From: Winogradskyella sp.
Lineage (GTDB): Bacteria; Fidelibacterota; Marinisomatia; Marinisomatales; AB-629-J13
Direction of reading: 5' to 3'
Assembly: GCA_964230865.1 (NCBI GenBank)
Contig: CAXRJK010000128.1
Location: forward strand, 1 to 44,346
Length of the DNA stretch: 44,346 bases
Part shown: in pieces, positions 37,243-44,346 of the stretch
How positions within the stretch are numbered: the stretch's first letter is position 1
Layout: every line of letters starts with the position of its first letter
Made by a program: the position numbers and the translations under genes
Notes under the pieces: model-generated
Seen by the model: only the letters and a program-made list of their open reading frames with translations
Told to the model about the DNA's origin: nothing
Databases searched by the model: none

Positions 37243-38102
37243 GGTAATATAACAGTTAGCTCTAGAACCTGGGGAATCCCCAGTTTGTGGTCTGCAATTC
37301 TAAACCCATATTCTATCTGATAAATCCCCAATAAAAAAGATACTCCTCCTGATATCTCAGTTACATTTTTTGATATGTGAGATGCCAAAGATAGATCTAC
37401 ATTTTTCCATTTAATAGAATTGGTTGCAGAAAAAATATAATTATCGGTGGCTGAAATAGCTCCACCGGTAAACGAAAAGAAATTTCGAAATTGTTTAAAA
37501 TCTGTTTTGTGAATTAGTAAAATATTTGCGCTCACAGGTAAATTAGATTTATTTTCGATAAAAGGTGACATGTATCCAAATTGAGCCACTGAAAACCCAA
37601 ATCCCCAATCTCTACTCATTTTTTTCAATATGGAAATACATCCCGTCATACCCGTTGATGAATGAGTATAAATTCTCAATTTCATCATCCGTAAGAGTGC
37701 AGCTATCTGATAATCATGATATTGAATTTGAAAACCGCTCGTTATATCTAAGCCAAAAGCAGAATAAATACCTAGAGGATTATCTGAAGGGGCCTCGCTC
37801 CTCAGTTCAAGGTTCTCAAAGCCCCCATATTTTAATCTTATAATTCCTTGACCACCCAAAATAGGGTTTGAGATTTTCATAGAAAAGACTGAAAAACCTC
37901 CATACCAGTCGTTATGACTGATGGAAACACTTGTTTTTCCCAATTGATTTACAGGGAATTGAATTATTGCATTTTGTGTCCCATATTTTATTTCATCCAC
38001 CGAGGCAGGGACATTTACAAACTGCGTACCAATACCTGAAATTTTTGCTACACAGATCGCAAATATTAAACTTATTATATATATTTTTTCTAACCTGAAC
38101 AC
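37239..38102 (-). CDS. Putative outer-membrane beta-barrel protein, function unknown
   Basis: 287-aa ORF with a GTG start 1 nt after the upstream stop and signal peptide ..ICVA/KIS. It has alternating beta pattern and lacks the NPA motif of the neighbouring barrels. Confidence 0.4.
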   Translation of the reverse strand: MFRLEKIYIISLIFAICVAKISGIGTQFVNVPASVDEIKYGTQNAIIQFPVNQLGKTSVSISHNDWYGGFSVFSMKISNPILGGQGIIRLKYGGFENLELRSEAPSDNPLGIYSAFGLDITSGFQIQYHDYQIAALLRMMKLRIYTHSSTGMTGCISILKKMSRDWGFGFSVAQFGYMSPFIENKSNLPVSANILLIHKTDFKQFRNFFSFTGGAISATDNYIFSATNSIKWKNVDLSLASHISKNVTEISGGVSFLLGIYQIEYGFRIADHKLGIPQVLELTVILP

Positions 38103-38103
38103 T

Positions 38104-39066
38104 TTAATAAAAAGTAATTGATGATGTAATTACATGTGCTATGTTATTGAATTTTTGTACTTCATTAAATACTGAAGAATAGTCAACGGTAATCTCATAT
38201 CCTTGAAATTTATTAAAAGTATGCCCAAATCCCATACCAATTTTTCCCTTTCCAAGTCCTGCTCTTAATTTTATGGTTTCATTTATAGAATACTCTATCC
38301 CGCCATTTAAACGCTTACCCAATAAATATGAATCATCTGTAATAAGCTCACTTTCACATAAAAAATTTAAATTTTCATATCTAGCTTTCACTCCCAATCT
38401 AAAAATCACCGGGAAATTATCGTAGTTAATTGTTCCGGTTTCCTCAAAGATTGAATTTGTTTTCCATTTATACTTGGCATTGAGATTTTGGACAACTCCG
38501 CCTATTTGAACATAATCGTTTATCTTATAATAAAAGCCTAAATCAAATCCAACAGCAGAACCGTTTAATGTCTCTCCATAAACAGGGAGAGCGTGAGACA
38601 AAATTTTTACATTAAGCCCAGCAGAAAATATCCCTTTATAATTTTGGGCAAAACTGATTATAAATGCATCCTCTCCTGTACTTAATCTTCCGGAATACTC
38701 TCCCAATGAGTTTCTCTCTTCGATATTATCTACTCCTGCATGAATCCACGCAATTCCAATCCCTGCCGTAGGAGGAAGTTTCATTGAAACACCAACACTA
38801 GACAGCTGCCTATCCAAAGATAACATTTGATGACCTACAGTCCCATGTTTTTGTTCCAAAAATGCTGTCCCCGCAGGATTAGACACCCCTATAACTCCAC
38901 CATAAATGTCCGCAACAAGTGCACTCCCCATACTCACTTCTCTGGCGGTAATTCCCATTCGCAAAAATGCACCAGGAAACCGCGCAAAATCTTGAGCGTT
39001 AATCATCGTCATTATAAATAAAAGTATACCTAAACTTGTTGAGAAAATAGAGGATATATTTTTCAT
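38104..39066 (-). CDS. PorV/PorQ-family T9SS outer-membrane barrel
   Basis: After ..MINA/QDF comes FPGAFLRMGITAREVSMGSALVADIYGGVIGVSNPAGTAFLE, a good match to the PorV/PorQ N-terminal signature. It ends ..SSITFY, shares an ATGA overlap with the upstream gene, and lies in the same operon as the SprA-like gene. Confidence 0.65.
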   Translation of the reverse strand: MKNISSIFSTSLGILLFIMTMINAQDFARFPGAFLRMGITAREVSMGSALVADIYGGVIGVSNPAGTAFLEQKHGTVGHQMLSLDRQLSSVGVSMKLPPTAGIGIAWIHAGVDNIEERNSLGEYSGRLSTGEDAFIISFAQNYKGIFSAGLNVKILSHALPVYGETLNGSAVGFDLGFYYKINDYVQIGGVVQNLNAKYKWKTNSIFEETGTINYDNFPVIFRLGVKARYENLNFLCESELITDDSYLLGKRLNGGIEYSINETIKLRAGLGKGKIGMGFGHTFNKFQGYEITVDYSSVFNEVQKFNNIAHVITSSITFY

Positions 39067-40700
39067 TGAACCACAATCACCTTCATCCAGTGTTCACTCC
39101 ACTTTCCACCTCCAGATAGTTCTAAGTTCACAAAATAAACCCCATTTGATACTGATTTACCTAAATTATCCTTTCCGTTCCACTTTAGCTCTCCTGTATT
39201 TATATTTACATCAAATGATTTGGACAAAACTTCCTCCATAGCAAAGCTATAGATAAACATATTTGCTTTTTCAATTACCTGGCTCCCTGTTGAAAAGCGA
39301 ACGTATCCGTCTCCATTTACTACATTATCTACAGATGGGGAAAAGGGGTTTGGATAGGCAAAAACTGAATTCTGTTCTAGAGCAGTTCGATAAATTTTCC
39401 AATTCATTCCATCTTGACTATTAAGTTTTGCAAGACCATCAGAGGTCCCTACCCACAGTGTCATTTTTTGGAGGTAGGGTCTATTATCTGCGACTGCAGT
39501 AAATACTCCATTTGAAAGTATTTCTAGATTGTAAAATTCCGTTTGTTCAACCATTGGCTCATACTTTGCCCACACTAAAGGATCATTAGGATAATGGATA
39601 ATAGTCTTCCACAATCCACTCTCAGAGCTTACCAAAACCAGAGAGTCCATTGCTGAAATATTATAAACTCTCTCTCCTATCAAGGTAGTTTGCCAATTTT
39701 CTCCATCATCAATCGTATAGCTTACACCCCTTTGTTCTCCGGGGTTATTTGCATTCATACTCGCTGCCCAGATTATCCGGTGGTTGTTCCAATTTTGATA
39801 CGCTAGCCCTACAACAAAATTACCGGATAAGTTATGATGGTGAAATGAATAATGATTCCAATCTATACAGCCATTTTCTCCTAATATCCCACGGTTAATT
39901 CCGTTTGCTGTGCCGACCCAAACAGTATCACTATATGAAAGAACTGAGAAAGCCTTGTGATTGTGATTCCCTCCGTCAAATGGATCTCGTGGATTCAGAA
40001 AATATCCAGCGATAACATTCAGACTGTCATCAAATATATTTTCATCACATGTAAATAAATTCAGCTGATCATCCTCAGGCAGAGGAATGGGAAACCACTG
40101 CGCATTATCATTGCGAAGAGAGTCTAGTTCAATCCTTCTAAGTCCACCTGCCCAACTTGTAATCCATGCATAGTCTTGTGTAACTGATAAATCATACGAA
40201 ATATTGCTATAATGAGTTGTAATGGGCAACATTTCAAAATATCCATTTCCTATGGGTTGAAGAATGGAAGATTCCTCTGAATATTCAGTGGGCTGTGCGT
40301 GATGAACCCACTCCCCCGAGCCATCATTATAAAATATTCCAGTACCAAAATCACCCAGCTCATCTCCAGATGCACCTGCAAACATAATATGATCATTAAA
40401 ATTAGCAATCCCTGAAATTCCATCATACATGAGATATGTATTCCCTGTATTTAAAAGTAACGTATCTAAGGTATAAATAGAAACTGAATCCACCAAATAA
40501 GAAATCCCTCTACCAGTACCAAACCAAACCTTTGAGTCGCCCTGAAATACAATTTCACTGATGCTGTTACTTTTTAATCCTAACGAAAATGTTTTGGTTA
40601 AAATTGAATCTTCATCTAATTCAAATTTATCAGGTAAAATTGACTGAGAATAAGATGAGGCAAAAAATAAAATAATGGTAAATCTTAAATATAATTTCAC
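39063..40700 (-). CDS. T9SS-sorted beta-propeller protein (two-component-regulator-propeller-like repeats), function unknown
   Basis: Signal peptide ..SSYS/QSI. Repeats include WFGTGRGISY, WVGTANGINRG, WVGTSDGLAKL and an Asp-box DDGENW. The C-terminus AYPNPFSPS...NGVYFVNLELSGG...MKVIVVQ is sorting-domain-like. Confidence 0.6.
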   Translation of the reverse strand: MKLYLRFTIILFFASSYSQSILPDKFELDEDSILTKTFSLGLKSNSISEIVFQGDSKVWFGTGRGISYLVDSVSIYTLDTLLLNTGNTYLMYDGISGIANFNDHIMFAGASGDELGDFGTGIFYNDGSGEWVHHAQPTEYSEESSILQPIGNGYFEMLPITTHYSNISYDLSVTQDYAWITSWAGGLRRIELDSLRNDNAQWFPIPLPEDDQLNLFTCDENIFDDSLNVIAGYFLNPRDPFDGGNHNHKAFSVLSYSDTVWVGTANGINRGILGENGCIDWNHYSFHHHNLSGNFVVGLAYQNWNNHRIIWAASMNANNPGEQRGVSYTIDDGENWQTTLIGERVYNISAMDSLVLVSSESGLWKTIIHYPNDPLVWAKYEPMVEQTEFYNLEILSNGVFTAVADNRPYLQKMTLWVGTSDGLAKLNSQDGMNWKIYRTALEQNSVFAYPNPFSPSVDNVVNGDGYVRFSTGSQVIEKANMFIYSFAMEEVLSKSFDVNINTGELKWNGKDNLGKSVSNGVYFVNLELSGGGKWSEHWMKVIVVQ

Positions 40701-41554
40701 TCTACCACTACCCTATGCTCTATCGGAAAACTATAGTCATTTGACTGATCCTTGGCTCTGAAAGTCCATAAAAATGTTCCTGTTTTTGTTTGTTGTGCAG
40801 GGTTTGTGTTTCCGGACCCAAAAATTGGTATTTGAATACTAAATCTTCCGTCACCTTCCATTTCATCTCCGCTAAAATAGCTAGGGAAAATTTCAACTGT
40901 ACCCCCATCATCATACATTAGGATTTGATCGCCGTTATTTAATAAAGTATCCGGCTCTATATGGAGGGAGGTGAACCCGCAGGAAAATATATCTTCAGGC
41001 CCATTTTCATCAAATACTTCAGCAGCAATAATGATAAAATCTATTTCTGTTCCCACGGGCCTTTGAATTGTATCCGGAGCGGTAACAGATAAAATTACCG
41101 GATGTATATTTTGAATAAATGATGTCTGAAATATTTCAAACTTTCTTGCTCCGTAATTCCCTGATATTTTATATAAAACCTCTCCAACAATATCTGGCTG
41201 AATAATATTAATAATTGAATTGGTTTCATTGGAGATTTTACGGGAGTATAATCCATCATTTGAAATCAGGTCCCCAAAGTATCCATCATCATTTAACCAG
41301 ATAGAGTCTTTATATGTAGAGTCCTGCCCATACCACTCTACCAAAACAGAGGAGATCAACTCACCTTCAAATTCTTCTTCACAGGAGACAGCAAAGTAAA
41401 GGAGGTTAGATTCCCTCATAAACACAAACTGAGGATCTCTAATAGGGTTCTTTACTTCCTCTTCTACTGGTATTTGTTTTTCGCAAGAAGGCAAAATTAA
41501 CAGTCCCCATAAAAGAAAAATCCATGTTATCTTATTTTTCATTTTAACGGTCAT
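40697..41554 (-). CDS. Lipoprotein with two Ig-like domains, function unknown
   Basis: Lipobox ILPS/C and repeated LNDDG..GD...NDGLYS / YDDGG...GDE..GDGRFS motifs. An alternative ATG at 41542 would remove the 11-bp overlap with the upstream gene. Confidence 0.55.
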   Translation of the reverse strand: MTVKMKNKITWIFLLWGLLILPSCEKQIPVEEEVKNPIRDPQFVFMRESNLLYFAVSCEEEFEGELISSVLVEWYGQDSTYKDSIWLNDDGYFGDLISNDGLYSRKISNETNSIINIIQPDIVGEVLYKISGNYGARKFEIFQTSFIQNIHPVILSVTAPDTIQRPVGTEIDFIIIAAEVFDENGPEDIFSCGFTSLHIEPDTLLNNGDQILMYDDGGTVEIFPSYFSGDEMEGDGRFSIQIPIFGSGNTNPAQQTKTGTFLWTFRAKDQSNDYSFPIEHRVVVE

Positions 41555-42470
41555 AAATGTAATGTACCAGCAAAGTACCTACCTGATTTAAACTTTCCGC
41601 AGAACAGTTTTCGGGGACATCATCGTGAGTGTGCCAGAAATTGGACCATCTATTTGGATAATTGAAATCTATGATATCAATAGCAGGAATATTAGCGTTT
41701 TCCCATAAAGGGACATGGTCATCATAGATCTCATATCCCAAATTTTTTTCAAAAGCTGTCAGCCCAATTTCATCTGCTAAATTCCACAAATATTTTACTA
41801 ACTGAGGGTTTTGATAGTAAGAGTTTCTTTCTATAGGCAATTCTAAATTTGCATCCCCCACCATATCCAATATAATTGCCAACTCTGGCTTGCTGATTGG
41901 AAGATTTTTGGCAAAATACTGGGCTCCCAGGGCATAGGAACGGTGCTCACCTTCTATACCTAAATCTTCGGCATCAAAAAAGACAATATAAACAGTTTCA
42001 TCATGAGGATATTGAGATAAAACACGTGCAATCTCCAAAAGTACTGCAACCCCACTGGCACCATCATTCGCCCCTAAGATTGGCTTATCTCTCTTTTCAG
42101 GGTTTGCATCATGGTCAGCAGTTGGACGGGTGTCCCAATGAGCTCCCAGCAAAATTGGTCGGGCTCCGCTTCCGCTGAGTTTTCCAATGATATTTGTCAT
42201 TTCCATTGTATGATTAGTGCCTGGAATGAGCTGGTTGAATTTTTGAGTAAATACAGAATCCGAGAATTTTGAAAGCTCATCTATAAGAAAACTTTTACAC
42301 AGCTCATATCCTTCCGAACCTGGATTTCGTGGACCAAAGGAACATTGTTTTTCAAGATATTGAAAAGCAGATTCTCCTGAAAAACTTGGGACTTGAGAAA
42401 TACATCCAAAATTTATCAGGATAGAAAAAAATGCTAACAGCTTGGGAAAAAATATTTTCATTTCAATCAT
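41544..42470 (-). CDS. M28-family zinc enzyme lipoprotein resembling Bacteroidetes animal-type glutaminyl-peptide cyclotransferase
   Basis: Lipobox INFG/C. Metal-site blocks ILLGAHWDTRPTADHD, GANDGASGVAVLLEIARVL, IVFFDAEDLG, ILDMVGD and WHTHDD are present. The HWD(S/T)RP..DHD and GANDGASG combination matches what I recall of PgQC-type cyclases. Aminopeptidase activity cannot be excluded. Confidence 0.55.
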   Translation of the reverse strand: MIEMKIFFPKLLAFFSILINFGCISQVPSFSGESAFQYLEKQCSFGPRNPGSEGYELCKSFLIDELSKFSDSVFTQKFNQLIPGTNHTMEMTNIIGKLSGSGARPILLGAHWDTRPTADHDANPEKRDKPILGANDGASGVAVLLEIARVLSQYPHDETVYIVFFDAEDLGIEGEHRSYALGAQYFAKNLPISKPELAIILDMVGDANLELPIERNSYYQNPQLVKYLWNLADEIGLTAFEKNLGYEIYDDHVPLWENANIPAIDIIDFNYPNRWSNFWHTHDDVPENCSAESLNQVGTLLVHYIYDR

Positions 42471-42515
42471 ACTCTGAATAGATACTAAAATTTAAAAATA
42501 TCTCATGAACATTAA

Positions 42516-44346
42516 TTATCCGCTGATTGAGATATTGATATCAAACCCAAAGTCTTTATCAATTTTTCGGCCTGTGGTTTTAGTTTCATTCTCACGATAT
42601 TCATAGATAATACCACCACTCACATTTCGATTAAATGAATAGGATATCCGACTTCCTATCTTCCAGCTTGAAGATAGAGCTTGCTGAGCTAATTCTGTTT
42701 TATTTTTTGTCCCCCACGTTTCGCTGTTATTCATATCAAAGTTCAATGTAAAGTTCACATTGTTCTGTATATCCATATCTTCAAAATAGGGTAGAGGAAT
42801 TGTAAATCCTCCTTTGTGGTTGTAGCTAGCGCTCGCTGTAAGAGATCGTTCTTTCTTCAAGGTCAGGCCTGTTGGCATTTCATCTACAGACTGGCTCATG
42901 TTTTGACGAATTTGTACTGAAATTCCCTTATTTAATGATAGAGACATCCCCACCAGTGGAGAGAAACTGGCGTTTACTTTCCCCTGTTTTTCATAGTCCT
43001 TATTTGAATCAATAAATGTGCTCAGATCCATCAGGTTCACTGTCCCCGGCTCAATATCTTCAAACTGCCAAGAACGGCTCTCTTTTCCGCTAAAGGAGTG
43101 GTCTAGAGATGCAGACCTTACAAATTTATTTAAAATGGGCCATTTTTCAAGCCCAGACATTCGCAAACTCCATCCAAAAAAAGGCAGTCCCTGGTCTAAC
43201 TTTTCTCCCCACGGAAGGTAGTCCCTCTGTATAGATAATTGCTGTACTCCTGAACCGCCAATAGTCTGAGATACATTTTCACCGAAAGAAAGATTAACAC
43301 TTGTTTTTTTTGTTAATTTAAAGCCCGAGCGAAGGGAAACATCCTGCTTATGATCAAAACTGCCTAAGTTAGATCCAATACTTGCTGAATCTTGACTTAA
43401 GCCATGTTCGGATTGCCAGCCAAATCTATATCCAATAGGGACATCTCCCTGAACACCTTTTGCCGTACGATTAACAGTTTCAGTATATGTAAGGTTTAGT
43501 GGGTCGAACCTATTGAAAAAACCATGTACTACATTCAAAATTAAATTTCCTTTTTTATCCTTTTCACCTTTATCCTCTTGTTTATTCTCCGATTCAACCC
43601 GAGTACGGGTTCTACCTCTACTACGTGAAGAACCAGATTTTTGGCTGGAAGGCGGCTTATATACCGATTCAAATATCTGTACCGGACTAAGTGAAAAATT
43701 TGTAGAGAAACGTAGCTGAGTACCAATATCTGCCCCATCAATTGTACTGCTGAGGGGTTTGTCCCAGCGGTATCCTGCGGAATAGGTAATATTTGGTTTG
43801 AAGAATGAGGAAAGTTGTGGACTAAAATTTGTAGTGAGGTTTTCTGTGATATTGGTGACTGTTCCAGGATTCATTTCTTTTACTGCTGTCCATATATATC
43901 CACGAAATTCATCCATATTGGATTTTGCTGATTGGTTATACTTTACAGTTAAATTACTAAATACTTTATAGTCCAATCCAAATGAACGGTTCAATCCCAA
44001 ATTATATACATCAGGAGATTCAAGCCCTGCCCTTGATAATTTCTCAGTTAACTTTTCACTAAAATCCATATTCGCAGATACAGAGGAGGGCGTGTAAAAT
44101 GTCTGAAAATCACTCACTTTTTTACCGATAATTGGAACATCTTTCATCCAGCTAAATGGTTTAACAAAGTTCTCCCTTCCGAAAGAATAACCATAGCTCA
44201 ATTTCCCTGTGTAGCTCTGACTTTCTTCCCTCTCCATAATTTCACTGGACTTTAGAGAACGTGACACGCTAAAGTTACCTTTTAATCCATCTAAAGTTAT
44301 TCTAACCAATTTATTATCAGACTTACTTGACTTTGAAATAGAAGAA
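42516..44346 (-). CDS. sprA: C-terminal ~610 codons of a SprA-like T9SS translocon protein (ORF is open to the right edge of the window)
   Basis: I checked that the frame stays open upstream of the track's TTG at 44309 (..SSISKSSKSDNKLVRITLDG). It is a long beta-rich sequence with a basic/acidic low-complexity loop (SGSSRSRGRTRTRVESENKQEDKGEKDKK). The block WSLRMSGLEKWPILNKFVRSASLDHSFSG is reminiscent of the SprA C-terminal barrel. The assignment is from memory and from context (PorV-like gene and cargo genes nearby). Confidence 0.5.
   Translation of the reverse strand, partial: SSISKSSKSDNKLVRITLDGLKGNFSVSRSLKSSEIMEREESQSYTGKLSYGYSFGRENFVKPFSWMKDVPIIGKKVSDFQTFYTPSSVSANMDFSEKLTEKLSRAGLESPDVYNLGLNRSFGLDYKVFSNLTVKYNQSAKSNMDEFRGYIWTAVKEMNPGTVTNITENLTTNFSPQLSSFFKPNITYSAGYRWDKPLSSTIDGADIGTQLRFSTNFSLSPVQIFESVYKPPSSQKSGSSRSRGRTRTRVESENKQEDKGEKDKKGNLILNVVHGFFNRFDPLNLTYTETVNRTAKGVQGDVPIGYRFGWQSEHGLSQDSASIGSNLGSFDHKQDVSLRSGFKLTKKTSVNLSFGENVSQTIGGSGVQQLSIQRDYLPWGEKLDQGLPFFGWSLRMSGLEKWPILNKFVRSASLDHSFSGKESRSWQFEDIEPGTVNLMDLSTFIDSNKDYEKQGKVNASFSPLVGMSLSLNKGISVQIRQNMSQSVDEMPTGLTLKKERSLTASASYNHKGGFTIPLPYFEDMDIQNNVNFTLNFDMNNSETWGTKNKTELAQQALSSSWKIGSRISYSFNRNVSGGIIYEYRENETKTTGRKIDKDFGFDINISISG

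Noticed and set aside
1-44346. Genomic-island or mobile-element boundaries (integrase, transposase, tRNA target, flanking direct repeats)
   Set aside because: None of these were seen on either strand. Composition looks uniform by eye across the window, so I make no claim of horizontal acquisition.

Overview
AT-rich (by eye about 35-40% GC) bacterial chromosomal window. The many T9SS-type C-terminal sorting domains, a SprA-like gene and several PorV-like barrels point to an uncultured FCB-superphylum organism with a type IX secretion system. The finer lineage (Marinimicrobia/Ignavibacteria/Calditrichota-like rather than classical Bacteroidia) is inference only. Positions 1-6.4 kb carry ordinary genes: an SSS symporter fragment, a DUF885 protein, a YyaL-like thioredoxin-domain protein, a DAACS symporter and a NUDIX hydrolase. 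From 44346 down to 5873 every gene is on the minus strand (about 38 kb, about 25 genes, many with 1-17 bp overlaps). The upstream block (44346-35439) holds a SprA-like translocon C-terminus, an M28 glutaminyl-cyclase-like lipoprotein, a PorV-family barrel, a beta-propeller T9SS cargo, a YibQ-type deacetylase and L-asparaginase II. After the only large intergenic gap (35145-35438) comes the part I consider most novel. It contains two giant T9SS-sorted proteins (1354 and 1419 aa) built from a lamin-tail domain (LTD), PKD-like domains and repeated OB-fold-like ExeM/NucH-type modules. It also contains a third LTD/OB protein, two endonuclease/exonuclease/phosphatase (EEP) genes (one fused to a catalytically degenerate 5'-nucleotidase-like domain), and an 825-aa outer-membrane barrel with two ComEA-like helix-hairpin-helix domains. 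Several PorV/FadL-like barrels and a SusD-less TonB-dependent receptor flanked by beta-propeller lipoproteins complete it. My reading is that this is a candidate T9SS-displayed locus for extracellular DNA capture, cleavage and import, in effect a disassembled ExeM/NucH nuclease. This is hypothesis, not demonstration. Other observations are a mosaic 612-bp intragenic tandem duplication and a relic of the giants' 'GYW' module lying in frame just after the asparaginase stop. There is also a PSCyt1-like CxxCH domain on a T9SS cargo, a striking +1 Gln rule at predicted signal-peptide cleavage sites next to the cyclase-like gene, and a GC-rich intercistronic hairpin. I saw no rRNA, tRNA, CRISPR array, transposase or integrase.
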